Shown piece by piece: positions 1 to 11,158 of a stretch of 32,000 bases of DNA (position 1 is the stretch's first letter; each line of letters opens with the position of its first letter). The stretch is taken from NCBI RefSeq assembly GCF_008000775.2, contig NZ_CP042905.2, positions 1,530,001 to 1,562,000 on the forward strand. The letters run 5' to 3'. The stretch comes from Promethearchaeum syntrophicum (lineage in GTDB: Archaea > Asgardarchaeota > Lokiarchaeia > Sigyniarchaeales > Promethearchaeaceae). Position numbers and translations under genes: made by a program. A model generated the notes under the pieces. The model made no database searches, was not told the origin of the DNA, and saw only the letters and a list, made by a program, of their open reading frames with translations.

Positions 1-997
1 CTGGTAAAGGGTCTCCAATCTTTACTCCCAATAATTCTGCTAAAAATAAAGACCATGACCTGGCAACAACTCCAACATTATAACCTCCGCCACCTAATCC
101 GAGAAATTTATTATTACAATATTTTGGAACATTTTGGTTAATAATTTTAAATATTTTTTCATGCCCTGATGTAGAAAGACCCATGTTTGTGATTGGATCA
201 GAGAAGTGGGTATCAACTCCTAATTGACAAACTAAATAATCAGGTCGATAAGCATCCATAATTTCAGGAACGAGTTTCTCAAAAATATTTATATAAACGG
301 AATCAATCGTTCCTGGCAATAAAGGTACATTTAAGGCATATCCTTTGCCTTCTTCTTTACCATTTTCATCCAATAATCCTGATCCTGGAAACAAAGTATG
401 CCCGTCTTGATGAAACGAAAGCGTTAACACATCTGACCTATCATAAAAAATCCATTGCACCCCATCTCCATGATGACAATCTATATCTAAGTACATAATT
501 TTTGTGCCATTTGGCGATTTATCCAGAATATGTTGAATTGCTACCGCTGCATCATTTAGCAAACAAAACCCTGAAGCCATTTCGGGCATTGCATGGTGTA
601 ACCCTCCCGTAATATTGAAACTTCTTGAAGAGTTTTCTTCCAAAATATAATCTGCTGCGGTTAATGAGGCACCGCATACTGCCATAGCCGCGTCATACAT
701 TCCAGGGAAGATTGGGTTGTCTCCTGGTCCAAGTCCAAATTTAGGAAAAGCTTGGTATGGTGAACCCCCTACATTGTTGAGTTCTTTCAATTTATCTAAA
801 TATCCGGCTTTATGAATACGTAACACTTCTTCTTCCGTTGCACTTCTTGGCGTAATTAATTTTAGATTCGGATTTTCAAAAAGATTATATGCTTTCATTA
901 AATCATATGTAAGTTCAATGCGTTTTGGAGTCAAAGGGTGCCCAGAACCGAAATTGTATTGATTAAATTGCTCCGTAAAAATAAAACCAACTTCCAT
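1..997 (-). CDS. Histone deacetylase / AcuC-like amidohydrolase (partial, C-terminus beyond left edge)
   Basis: Manual minus-strand translation from ATG at 997: MEVGFIFTEQFNQYNFGSGHPLTPKRIELTYDLMKAYN...GGLHHAMPEMASGFCLLNDAAVAIQ...KIMYLDIDCHHGDGVQWIFYDRSDVLTLSFHQDG...; contains HH, DxDxHHGDGVQ and SFHQ motifs of the arginase/deacetylase fold. Not in the ORF track, presumably because it runs off the edge. Confidence 0.93.
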   Translation of the reverse strand, partial: MEVGFIFTEQFNQYNFGSGHPLTPKRIELTYDLMKAYNLFENPNLKLITPRSATEEEVLRIHKAGYLDKLKELNNVGGSPYQAFPKFGLGPGDNPIFPGMYDAAMAVCGASLTAADYILEENSSRSFNITGGLHHAMPEMASGFCLLNDAAVAIQHILDKSPNGTKIMYLDIDCHHGDGVQWIFYDRSDVLTLSFHQDGHTLFPGSGLLDENGKEEGKGYALNVPLLPGTIDSVYINIFEKLVPEIMDAYRPDYLVCQLGVDTHFSDPITNMGLSTSGHEKIFKIINQNVPKYCNNKFLGLGGGGYNVGVVARSWSLFLAELLGVKIGDPLP

Positions 998-1047
998 ACC
1001 TAAAAAAATGTTTCCATCACTTTATTTTTTTCGAAAAGCAATAAAAT

Positions 1048-1578
1048 TTATAAAATAATTTTTTTGAAATCTTTTTTGAATTCGATTCCATGCTCATAAT
1101 AAAGTTCTGCTGTTTTTCTTGCTTCTTCAACTGCTTTTTCATCCAATTTTTTAATTAATTTTGCAGGATGCCCTAATATTAGACTCCTTTCTGGAAAATT
1201 TTTCCGTTCCGTCACTAAAGAACCTGCCCCAACCAGAGAACCTCGACCAATGGTAGTTTTTCCCATTATAATTGAACCAATACCAATTGTCACGAAATCC
1301 TTTAAAGTACATCCATGTATTACACAATTATGCCCGATAGTATTATATTCCCCTATATTTGTGCCGGAATCATGCAATCCATGTATTACTGTGCCACTTT
1401 GTATATTTGTGAATTTTCCAATTTTTATTTTGGTTCCAAGCCCTTCAAGCACAACACCGGAAAAAATCGTGCAACCTTCCCCAATTTCAACATCCCCAAA
1501 TATTATAACGTCATCGGCAATAAATCCCACATTAGGATTAATCTTAGGTTTACTATCTCTCAAAGCATAAACATTCAT
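1048..1578 (-). CDS. Left-handed beta-helix hexapeptide-repeat protein, gamma-carbonic anhydrase-like
   Basis: 176 aa; [LIV]GxxxxI hexapeptide repeats (VGFIADDVIIFGDVEIGEGCTIFSGVVLEG...HNCVIHGCTLKDFVTIGIGSIIMGKTTIGRGSLVGAGSLV). Confidence 0.85.
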   Translation of the reverse strand: MNVYALRDSKPKINPNVGFIADDVIIFGDVEIGEGCTIFSGVVLEGLGTKIKIGKFTNIQSGTVIHGLHDSGTNIGEYNTIGHNCVIHGCTLKDFVTIGIGSIIMGKTTIGRGSLVGAGSLVTERKNFPERSLILGHPAKLIKKLDEKAVEEARKTAELYYEHGIEFKKDFKKIIL

Positions 1579-1610
1579 TTAAAAATCATCTAATATTGTT
1601 TTTTATTTTT

Positions 1611-2030
1611 CTAATCTTCATCTTCCTTAAGAAAATTGGAAAGCGTTTTCGCATCTTGCCCTTGCTTTTTGATGGTAATTGAAGATCCGATTCCTAAAAT
1701 CTGTCTTTCAATTTGTTGAATTTCAATAAGTGAAATTACTCCGCGTCTAATCATACCTTGTCGGAGATATTGTAACAATAGATCCAATTCAGGCATTATC
1801 TTTGGGGGAAAAATTTTTTGACGGATCTTAGCAAATAATTCATAATTTCTTTGTTTAATTATGTTAAGATATTGATTCGCGTTCGGTGCGAGTAATACGG
1901 CAAGAATTTGATCCATTTTGTTATCTATAGGCAATTCTACTCTCTGGGATCTTTGTTCTGCTTGTTTCTTCTTATTTAAGATTTCTTGCATTTTTTGCAT
2001 CCGAATGCGATGCAATTCGTCATCACTCAT
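1611..2030 (-). CDS. PDCD5/TFAR19-like DNA-binding protein
   Basis: 139 aa; MSDDELHRIRMQKMQEI... N-terminal helix, then ...ILAVLLAPNANQYLNIIKQRNYELFAKIRQKI..., resembling the archaeal PDCD5 family. Confidence 0.75.
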   Translation of the reverse strand: MSDDELHRIRMQKMQEILNKKKQAEQRSQRVELPIDNKMDQILAVLLAPNANQYLNIIKQRNYELFAKIRQKIFPPKIMPELDLLLQYLRQGMIRRGVISLIEIQQIERQILGIGSSITIKKQGQDAKTLSNFLKEDED

Positions 2031-2147
2031 TTCATGTTGTTAAATCCGCAAAAATTGAAAAATTTTATGATTGATATTGCATTATATAAAATTAAGTAAA
2101 ATTATACGATTTTTATTAAACAATTTTTTAGAGATGATTTTTTCTAC

Positions 2148-3299
2148 ATGAATATTTCTGCACTAATTAAACCATTAAACATAGTCTATCCTAATCCAAA
2201 CAAAATTCCTAAGAATTTATTAAACACGCCAGTTGCGGCGGATTTTAAAGCCACATCTAAATTAATTCCATTTAGAGAACAATATTTAAACGAAAAACAC
2301 CCCCATACTATCAAAAACATTCATTATCAGTATGGAAAAATCAAAAAACGCAGAGCAATATTATTTTTCTATAAAAAAACGCCTGTTAAAATGGTTTTTT
2401 CAAATAAAATTGATCCTTACGCAAAACAGTTAATGAAAGATTTTCCGCCTCGCGTTCAATTTCCTCCAACAACTGTTAGCTCTCCAATTGCCCGAAATCT
2501 AAGAGAATTTGCCCTTAAATGGGTGGTTGATCAATTTTTTTCAGAAAAAGATTATATAACCTTTGATGAACCGATTTTAGATACTGTAAATCCTGATTGC
2601 TTAGAAGTTCCTGCTACTCTGGGGCATAAAATACTACAAATGTCTAAAGACATTGATATTTCAAAAGATACTAATAACGCTTCAAAAATCTTTACCAATT
2701 CCATGATGGAAATCGACTTAAAAGATTCTTTTTTCGTTGAAATTAAAGCTTACCATCAAACTTCCATTGTCGGAGAAAAAGAAGTGCTTCAAACTTACAA
2801 TTATGCAATTCGAGGAGGAAAAGCCCTCCTAATCACTACTGGAACGCTTAGTGACTTAAAAGCGTTAGAACTCCTAAATGATCAAGATCAACATAAAGAT
2901 CACGATTTTTCAACTGGATATGTCCCTGAAATCTACAAGAATTTCGTGCAAACTGTTAAGAGAAATAATCGAAAATTGATAAAAAGTATCAATTTCAAGC
3001 AAGGACAGGATTCTTATGATACAATGGGTATTTATATTTCTGCTTCTAATAAACTCGAAAAAATGCATAAATATACTATCAATTGGCCCGCTAAAATCGA
3101 ATACACTAAATTAGCCACTCCTGATTCAATCTTAAAATTCCTTCATTCCGATGATAAACTTGGGCTTATAGAACCCAAAGCATTTCATAAATTACTATTG
3201 TCATACAAATTAAACAAAGCAGCAAAACTTTTTACACACATCCAAAAAAGTCTGCTGGAAGAGATTATCATAAATCCTGCGTTATTATACCCAAATTAA
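2148..3299 (+). CDS. Uncharacterised protein with candidate PD-(D/E)XK nuclease-like core
   Basis: 383 aa ORF; segment EIDLKDSFFVEIKAYHQTSIVGEKEVLQTYNYAIRGGKALLITTG resembles D-x(n)-ExK followed by a helix. Confidence 0.5.
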   Translation: MNISALIKPLNIVYPNPNKIPKNLLNTPVAADFKATSKLIPFREQYLNEKHPHTIKNIHYQYGKIKKRRAILFFYKKTPVKMVFSNKIDPYAKQLMKDFPPRVQFPPTTVSSPIARNLREFALKWVVDQFFSEKDYITFDEPILDTVNPDCLEVPATLGHKILQMSKDIDISKDTNNASKIFTNSMMEIDLKDSFFVEIKAYHQTSIVGEKEVLQTYNYAIRGGKALLITTGTLSDLKALELLNDQDQHKDHDFSTGYVPEIYKNFVQTVKRNNRKLIKSINFKQGQDSYDTMGIYISASNKLEKMHKYTINWPAKIEYTKLATPDSILKFLHSDDKLGLIEPKAFHKLLLSYKLNKAAKLFTHIQKSLLEEIIINPALLYPN

Positions 3300-3556
3300 T
3301 TTTTTTAACTCTTCCCTCATTAATGTATATCCCCTTATTTTTTCAAAACTGTCCAATTTTAGCGTTTCAAAATTCTTACTTATAATCACTACTTAACATT
3401 CTACCCATAATTCTATTTATCAACTACTTATCCATTTAAAAGCTAAAGATTACTATTAATCATGCAATTGTTTGAAAGATAACATATATAACCTTATTTT
3501 TACTATAAAAAAGCTAGTATATTTTTTTTTAGGTCCGAAATATCGAGTTGAAATCT

Positions 3557-4102
3557 ATGAATGAAGGAAAAATAAACATACTCCCCTTTTGGTTACGGGT
3601 GATAAACATTAATCTGGGTGTTGCTATGGTAATACTTTCTGGATTGGCAATATTTCAAAATACCTTTATTTTATCGATTAAACTTACGTTACTTAGTATA
3701 ACCTTACTGTTGTTGTCTGGAGTTCTTCTTGCTAATGGGATCACCACAAGGAATTTCAGTCACAGTTTAATGGTCCTAAATGTCACTTCGGGATCGGTGA
3801 TCTTGGTGCTGGGAGCCATAACTCTTATTTTTCTGCAATTTGAAATCGATGTGTCCAAAATACTCCTTGTTGTTGGCCTATTAATCCATGCAGGTACTCG
3901 TATCGCCATCAGTTTCTCGAAATTAGCACTTCCATTTAAAATTAAATTATTTAATTTCTTAGTTGCCACTGTTCTAATTGCTCTCTCGATAGTTATCGTA
4001 ACAGACCTTCAATGGGCCTCGGAAACACTATTAGGTATAACTTTTCTTACCGTAGGCATGGAAAAAACCTTCATAGGAATTCAAGGCTATTATTTGGAAT
4101 AA
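3557..4102 (+). CDS. Multi-pass membrane protein (DUF308/HdeD-like pattern)
   Basis: About six hydrophobic segments; first ATG at 3557 (track begins at TTG 3548). Confidence 0.6.
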   Translation: MNEGKINILPFWLRVININLGVAMVILSGLAIFQNTFILSIKLTLLSITLLLLSGVLLANGITTRNFSHSLMVLNVTSGSVILVLGAITLIFLQFEIDVSKILLVVGLLIHAGTRIAISFSKLALPFKIKLFNFLVATVLIALSIVIVTDLQWASETLLGITFLTVGMEKTFIGIQGYYLE

Positions 4103-4197
4103 AACACTCTCATTTTTAATTAATTTTATAGTGAAGGATAATATAATAAAAAAAATTAGTATAGTTCATCAGAAAACTAAGGATTTTAGTGAAGAAA

Positions 4198-5673
4198 CTA
4201 CAACCATTCGATAGCACCGATATCTGGAGCAATTCCAACAGGAACCGATGAATTAAAGAAATCAAATAGCACCCCAACATCTAATCCTGCATCAATACAC
4301 GGAGAGTTTGTTGTTAATCTGAAATCTCCCGAAATTGGATTAAAAAGCAAGGGATTTGCATTTAAGTTATTAACTATCGAATTACCTGAATCTCCATTAA
4401 GATTATTAAACTCTAAGGCGGAAACAGCTAAATCTTTATATATATAATTATCCCACCCATGAGAATTATATACCAAATTATGTTTAAATACATTACCGCC
4501 CATTTCCCGATTATGAATCCTGATCCCACCGTTTGTTTCAAGTAACAAGTTATTTATAATCAGATTATTTTCAACTTGGAGCACATTATCTTTTACCGAA
4601 CCTATCAGAATAATACCTTCACTTGCTGTGTTATAAATCACATTGTTAAACAGTCGATTGTCATGGCAAGCTTGGTGTTTATCCTCAGTCAATCCTGAAG
4701 CAAAGGCTGTGAAATCAAATCCATGAGCGTCTGTCCGGTCATTAGGATTTCGGACTGTATCGATAATATTATAATAATATGAATTATTATTCCCTTCAAC
4801 ATGATTTGTAATGGTCGTGTCCTTGATATAATTCCGATAGAATTCATTGTGATGAACATAACCTTCCCGTCCGAATGTTTCTAATCCTCTCATATAATCT
4901 ATATCTCCGCCGTAAATATAATTCTGGTAAATGTGATTATATGCGGTTTCGGCCAATTCAAATATCTGTGAAAGTCCTATCCCAGTATGTGGCCAATTGT
5001 AAACAGAATTATTATAAATTGCCCAATACTTAGCTCCATCAGTTAATTGAATTCCATCTCTTCCTGAAATTAATACTTTTCCCAATAATCCACTATCTAT
5101 AGTACAATTCCGAATAATTCCATGATCAGCAGATTTTGATTGACTATATGATCCAGTAATTCGTAATCCATATCCCCATGTATCCAAACCAATAAAGCAA
5201 TTTTCAATGGTTGTGTTTACTGATCCCCTAATAACAACACAAATTTCCGTTCCTTCCCTAAAATCCATGTTTTTAACATCAGTAAATTCAGTGTCTTGTA
5301 AAGTTAATGCATATTTTTTCCCATTGATTATTGGATGAGGACCAAAACCATAAGCACTCAAGATTATAGGATGGGTTTCATTTCCTTTGGAGACTAAGAT
5401 GATTTCTCCGTTCCATTCATCCCCTTTCTTGAATAGAATTATGGTTCCTGCCTCAAAATCCCATCGATTCACTTGATCAATCGTTTTCCAAGGTGATTCA
5501 GGACTTTCTCCATCGTTTCTATCATTACCAGTCGAAAAGCTTACATAATAGATTCCTCTGGGTTTCCACTCCCGGATATGACCATCAAAAATAGAAGGGA
5601 TTATTATAAATAGGGAAGAAATTAAAATTATTCCTATACCGATTCCAAATTTCGCTTTTTTCTTCATTACCAT
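4198..5673 (-). CDS. Secreted/surface right-handed parallel beta-helix repeat protein
   Basis: 491 aa; N-terminal hydrophobic signal (IGIILISSLFIIIPSI), YYVSFSTGNDRNDGESPESPWKTIDQVN, many G/N-rich beta-helix coils. Confidence 0.8.
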   Translation of the reverse strand: MVMKKKAKFGIGIGIILISSLFIIIPSIFDGHIREWKPRGIYYVSFSTGNDRNDGESPESPWKTIDQVNRWDFEAGTIILFKKGDEWNGEIILVSKGNETHPIILSAYGFGPHPIINGKKYALTLQDTEFTDVKNMDFREGTEICVVIRGSVNTTIENCFIGLDTWGYGLRITGSYSQSKSADHGIIRNCTIDSGLLGKVLISGRDGIQLTDGAKYWAIYNNSVYNWPHTGIGLSQIFELAETAYNHIYQNYIYGGDIDYMRGLETFGREGYVHHNEFYRNYIKDTTITNHVEGNNNSYYYNIIDTVRNPNDRTDAHGFDFTAFASGLTEDKHQACHDNRLFNNVIYNTASEGIILIGSVKDNVLQVENNLIINNLLLETNGGIRIHNREMGGNVFKHNLVYNSHGWDNYIYKDLAVSALEFNNLNGDSGNSIVNNLNANPLLFNPISGDFRLTTNSPCIDAGLDVGVLFDFFNSSVPVGIAPDIGAIEWL

Positions 5674-5773
5674 TAACTTCTAATGAAAATATATAAATAA
5701 AATTCTAGTAATAAAAGAATGGAAATAAAAAGAAATGTTGAAAAAAGAAATAAAAAGTAAATTGAACTCGGTT

Positions 5774-6307
5774 CTACTTGCCCTCATTGCGGGAAATAAT
5801 CAATCTTGTCAACTCAGTAAACGCTTCGTCAACATTGGTACCTTCTTTCGCCGAAGTCTCAATATAAATCGAATCCTCATCATCTGCATACTCTTGACAC
5901 TCTTCTCGATCAATTACTTCCCCGACTTCAGGAATCAAATCAACTTTATTTCCTATGAGAACGAATGGAATATCTCCTGCAAACTGCTTAACCTCCGATC
6001 TCCAGTTTTGTACATTATCCCACGTGGCAGCACGGGAGAGATCAAAAACCAGAAGGACTCCAGAGGCTCCTTTATAGAAGGTTGTTCGAATGAAGCTGAA
6101 ACGTTCTTGACCACCGATGTCCCAGATCGATAAGACGGCATTTTTTCCTTCTTCGTAAGTAACTTCCTTTGTTAAGATATCAACTCCAACCGTGAGTTTG
6201 TAATCGCGTTCAAACTTAGATTTGATGAATCGGTGAATTAGGCTCGTTTTACCAACAGCGGCCGGACCGCAAAGCAAGATTTTCAATTTATAATTTGACA
6301 TGGTCAA
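5774..6307 (-). CDS. Rab/Ras-family small GTPase
   Basis: 177 aa; G1 GPAAVGKTS, G3 WDIGGQE, G4 NKVD, G5 ETSAK; no C-terminal Cys prenylation motif. The start may be the ATG two codons after the TTG. Confidence 0.95.
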   Translation of the reverse strand: MTMSNYKLKILLCGPAAVGKTSLIHRFIKSKFERDYKLTVGVDILTKEVTYEEGKNAVLSIWDIGGQERFSFIRTTFYKGASGVLLVFDLSRAATWDNVQNWRSEVKQFAGDIPFVLIGNKVDLIPEVGEVIDREECQEYADDEDSIYIETSAKEGTNVDEAFTELTRLIISRNEGK

Positions 6308-6747
6308 TTTCCAGCATTTTTTTTTATATGGAAAATTTTTTTTTTTAATATATATAAATTTTCTATGTATATTAATTTAATAAATGCCTTTCCTAAATAA
6401 TTTTTATTTTAAAACTAGGACTTTTTATGGGATGAATTAGTTTTCATTTGATATTCTATTTTATAAAAACATAAAAATCTAAAAAAGATAATTAACGGGG
6501 TGACCTTTCCAAAAATAACTCCCCGTATAACGCCAACGGGACAACCAGTGACATCGTATATTTGCATTAAAGATCCTTCAAAATAGGAATAACATTTTCA
6601 AAAAATCGATCTATCAAGTCTTTTAACTGAATTATGGCCAGAAAAGCTGCTTTGTTAGACTCTTTGTGTTTTTTAAAGGTAAAAATTAGCAAAAAAAAAA
6701 AAATTATTACTCTTTAATCCACGTTACGTTCAATAAAATCGAAGAAT

Positions 6748-7056
6748 CTAATTATTTCTCCTTTTTCGATTTGCTCTAATTCTCGCTCTCCGCCTTTCTA
6801 ATTGCTCCGCTGAATTTTTATCGATATTCTGACCTTCAAATTGTACACCATTGGGGCGAGATTGAATCACTCTTCTTCTTGGGCGGAGGAACGCATAAAC
6901 ACCAACTCCGAGAATAGCAGCACCAATGGGTATCCATAACAAATTTAAATTGCCCTCCTCTTCATCGGGAGGATTGGGGGGAACAGGATCAGGTTCTTGA
7001 AGAAAGGGTTCTGGTGTTATATATCCTGCATGATATGTACCCGAGTAAAGCGGATT
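6748..7056 (-). pseudogene. C-terminal fragment of a surface-anchored protein (Pro-rich linker + TM + basic tail), apparently 5'-truncated
   Basis: Minus frame open from 7056 after an in-frame stop at 7059-7057: NPLYSGTYHAGYITPEPFLQEPDPVPPNPPDEEEGNLNLLWIPIGAAILGVGVYAFLRPRRR...; no ATG in the N-terminal part. Confidence 0.5.
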
Positions 7057-8967
7057 TTAAAAACTATTCAAAAACCATATTCGATTGATGTTTTAGAGAA
7101 TGATCCAAACCATGTTTCCAAATTAGAAACAAAATCTTTATTAAAAAAAATTCGTTCTTTGACTACTGCAGTTATATCGTATGCCAAAATATCAAACAGA
7201 TTGAGTAATATAAAGGTTAATTTGAACAGTGATGATCCTTTTTACGATCGATATTCAAGAATAATTAGATCCCTAAATCATATATATCATTACAATCCAG
7301 ATTTAGCAACCAGACTTGCTTATTTGTGTTTTAATTCTCAAGATATAGACATAAACGAGCAATCGCTTATTGATTCTAATGTAGATCATTGGATCGTCCA
7401 TTCTGAGGAATATATGTCACTTAAATATCCAAATATCGAAATTTCTAAAGAACCTTGGATCTTCAATTTTGCTACAGATTCAAATATAAAAAAAGAAATC
7501 GACTCAATATTGACAGATGCTCAAGAAATATCGGGATATTCATTGTATTTATCTAGTATTATGTCTCAATCCAATACATTGGTAACAGGTATTCACATGA
7601 ATCCTCTTTTCTTGCACATTATGGATGCTGCACTTCATGCTAATATTCCCGGTGCATTTGAAGACAACTGTATTTTTATGTCATATAATAGATTAAGGGC
7701 TTTAATTGATCCTACCCAAGAAGTGGTTCTTACCGTGCAAGAAAATGATTTTATTGAATATATTCTAAAGAAAATTATTAAATTACAGGGGCGTGCAACT
7801 TTTCAAGAAAATTTGAAAAGTTTTAATGATCTCATCTTCGATAAAACAATAAGTGAGAATGCTTTATGGACAAACGGAAATAGAAAAGGATTTATTTGGA
7901 AATTAACCAGTGGAACCGAGCTTTCTCCCTTTTTGGACTTAAGGAAAAAATATTTAGACGGCGATACATCTGTAATGGAATGGAACTTCGTTTCAGTTGA
8001 AGAAGCTCAGATTTTTATAGGATCTTTAGCCGGAAATCTTCAAGTTACATTTCCTCAACTCGGAATAACAGGTGTAGACAGCATTTTTACTGGAGATTCC
8101 GAGGGAGAATTAAAACATCAACTTGCATTTCAATTTTATAAAAGCGGAGATAATTTTATTCGAATAAAACCAGGAGAACCAATTAGGAATGCTAATGGTG
8201 ATATTATAGGAGCTCCGAGATTTTTAATGGTAAAAAATCAATTTGTTATTGCTCTTTCGCACGATACCTTCAATGTAGATACAGTTATTCATTTTAATGA
8301 TTTACGGAATACATGGGGTGATACTTTTAAAGATAAGGGAAGAAATTTCATTGTTGGGTATCATGGGGTGCATAAGGAAGGGTATTCGGATACCAAAATT
8401 AGAAAAATCAAGGAGGCACAAGACAAGGGTGCAGCTTTTATAAGCGGTATTGAAGATTCCGTAGTCTGGAGTAATTTTATGAAATCGATAGAAGTTTTTC
8501 ATGCGAAGGAGCGTTCTGGTGATGAGCATTTTGAATCCGTTTTTCTTATGGCTGATATACTAGACAAGCTTGTTCATATAGTAAACAATCCTGCAGATTA
8601 TGATTTAGGCTTCGAAGATATTATCAATGAGATCACTGAAAAGGCTTATTCTCCAGAATATTTTGATTATCATGATGATTATAAAGGGCTTACTCTTGAA
8701 GAATGCCAAAAAGTTGCTGAAGCTTTCGGAAAATATGTTGATGCCGGAGTAGTTAAAACATTGCCAGGTTTTGTAAAGTGGTGGAACAATTTCAAGAATT
8801 CAAACCAATATATAGTGCACAAGACTGGAAGTTGGTATCTGGATCAAGCCAGAATTATCGCATCTAGATTTTGGTTAATAAAGAAATTCTATAATGAGAT
8901 GGATCCGACACATACACCAGATTGGGTTGTTCATTTACCATTATCGATGCCTTGGGGTAATCTATAA
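7030..8967 (+). CDS. Large uncharacterised protein, possibly 5'-truncated
   Basis: Long ORF (track 6997-8967 begins at TTG; first in-frame ATG 7030); no recognised motifs. Confidence 0.7.
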   Translation: MICTRVKRILKTIQKPYSIDVLENDPNHVSKLETKSLLKKIRSLTTAVISYAKISNRLSNIKVNLNSDDPFYDRYSRIIRSLNHIYHYNPDLATRLAYLCFNSQDIDINEQSLIDSNVDHWIVHSEEYMSLKYPNIEISKEPWIFNFATDSNIKKEIDSILTDAQEISGYSLYLSSIMSQSNTLVTGIHMNPLFLHIMDAALHANIPGAFEDNCIFMSYNRLRALIDPTQEVVLTVQENDFIEYILKKIIKLQGRATFQENLKSFNDLIFDKTISENALWTNGNRKGFIWKLTSGTELSPFLDLRKKYLDGDTSVMEWNFVSVEEAQIFIGSLAGNLQVTFPQLGITGVDSIFTGDSEGELKHQLAFQFYKSGDNFIRIKPGEPIRNANGDIIGAPRFLMVKNQFVIALSHDTFNVDTVIHFNDLRNTWGDTFKDKGRNFIVGYHGVHKEGYSDTKIRKIKEAQDKGAAFISGIEDSVVWSNFMKSIEVFHAKERSGDEHFESVFLMADILDKLVHIVNNPADYDLGFEDIINEITEKAYSPEYFDYHDDYKGLTLEECQKVAEAFGKYVDAGVVKTLPGFVKWWNNFKNSNQYIVHKTGSWYLDQARIIASRFWLIKKFYNEMDPTHTPDWVVHLPLSMPWGNL

Positions 8968-9100
8968 TACCTCAAGTGAATGTCTTGGTCATCTCTTTAG
9001 GGGTGGTCAAATTTTTTATATTTAAAATCTATTAGTTTATTAAGTTAGCTAGAATGAATAAACATGGATCAATTGAAAAACTAACAAGCAGAGAATCAAA

Positions 9101-10291
9101 ATGAAACAGTTATTAGATGAGGATGATAGGAAAACGCTGAATTGTCTTGGTACACATATTTCTTCCCAAGATATTCAGAAAAATAGACTTTATTTGACTT
9201 ATTATACTGCTAATGGATTTGTAGATAAAATATTTCTTTGGGGGTTAGCTAGAACCGCTTTTTCGAAATATGATGATTTTGTTTTCAAAAATAGAAGCAG
9301 ACCTCGCATAATCGATATAACATCTTATAGCAAGATAAAAATTTTGAAAAAGTTGGAAAATTTTCCTTATTTAGAGTCTCTTGATATACACCCTTTTTTC
9401 AAATCAACAGACTCGTTAGAATTAATTGGAAATCTCAAAAATCTTAAACGTTTATTTATTTTCAGCTATAACCCAATAAGAATTCCCGATTCAATAGGTA
9501 ATCTTTTGGGGATTACTGATTTGGGAATTACTATAACACAAAAACCATTCCACCTCCCAAAAACTTTTAAAAATCTTAAGAACGTTGAAAAATTTAGTAT
9601 TAGATCGGGTATTTCTAAATTTCCTAATAGCCCAAGTCTTAAGAATTTCCCTGAATTTATATTAAATTTTAAGAAATTAACACATCTTAGTCTAAGAACG
9701 AATTCTTTAACTTCGCTCCCGCAATCCATTGGGAACCTCCGAAATCTTCGAGAAATGAATTTATATAACAATGAATTATCATCCCTCCCACATTCCATCA
9801 AAAACCTTAAAAATCTCACCCGCCTAAACATCGGAAGGAATAATTTTACCCGAATCCCAGAAAATATCAAGCATTTAAAAAATCTCGAATCAATCGATAT
9901 AAGTTATAACCCGTTTGTGTCTCTTGAATCTTTTAGATATCTTTTTTTCAATCCCGCCTTAACAATTATAAGCGATTTTGCTAGTTCTAAAAATTATAAA
10001 TTGTCAATTGGTGGTCTTACTATTCCAAAAGAAGTAAAAAACTATTGGCATGAAAAAAATTATGAAGGAATCATGCAATATTATACTCCACCCATTATTG
10101 AAATCGCTCAGAAATATGCCCATAATCCTAAATCCTTAACTCATCATGAATTGAAACGCCTCGAAACCGAGGTCACTGAAAAAGAGCGCAGAATTTTAGA
10201 ATTAACTTTACCAAAAAACGATCCAATTTTAAGAATTATAAATGAAAAATTAAAAATCGAGTTATCTAATGGATTTGGATTAATGAGATAA
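9101..10291 (+). CDS. Leucine-rich repeat protein
   Basis: 396 aa; repeated LPxSIxNLxNLxxLxLxxNxLxxLP units (LTSLPQSIGNLRNLREMNLYNNELSSLPHSIKNLKNLTRLNIGRNNFTRIPENIKHLKNLESIDISYNPF). Confidence 0.9.
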   Translation: MKQLLDEDDRKTLNCLGTHISSQDIQKNRLYLTYYTANGFVDKIFLWGLARTAFSKYDDFVFKNRSRPRIIDITSYSKIKILKKLENFPYLESLDIHPFFKSTDSLELIGNLKNLKRLFIFSYNPIRIPDSIGNLLGITDLGITITQKPFHLPKTFKNLKNVEKFSIRSGISKFPNSPSLKNFPEFILNFKKLTHLSLRTNSLTSLPQSIGNLRNLREMNLYNNELSSLPHSIKNLKNLTRLNIGRNNFTRIPENIKHLKNLESIDISYNPFVSLESFRYLFFNPALTIISDFASSKNYKLSIGGLTIPKEVKNYWHEKNYEGIMQYYTPPIIEIAQKYAHNPKSLTHHELKRLETEVTEKERRILELTLPKNDPILRIINEKLKIELSNGFGLMR

Positions 10292-10342
10292 GAATTCTTT
10301 CATTAAAAAAAAAATTGTGTGTAAAAGAAAATTTAATTTATT

Positions 10343-11158
<816 letters not shown>

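Noticed and set aside
1250-1593. Plus-strand ORFs 1250-1570 and 1315-1593
   Set aside because: Fully antisense to the convincing hexapeptide-repeat gene; translations are low-complexity mirrors without motifs.
5735-6141. Plus- and minus-strand ORFs 5735-6133 (+) and 5953-6141 (-)
   Set aside because: Alternative frames over the small GTPase gene, which has all G-box motifs.
6495-6530. ACGGGG...CCCCGT inverted repeat as a MITE end or RNA hairpin
   Set aside because: Single short stem with a roughly 20-nt loop, no target-site duplication or second copy seen.
6567-6690. Short minus-strand frame FKKHKESNKAAFLAIIQLKDLIDRFFENVIPILKDL* in the 6.3-6.75 kb gap
   Set aside because: It has helical, protein-like composition and could be a gene remnant, but it is short, has no start codon and no recognisable family, so I cannot support it as a feature.
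8302-8529. Minus ORF inside the 656-aa gene
   Set aside because: Antisense shadow ORF with no motif.
9466-9870. Minus ORF 134 aa opposite the LRR gene
   Set aside because: Its periodicity mirrors the LRR repeats on the other strand; typical antisense shadow.
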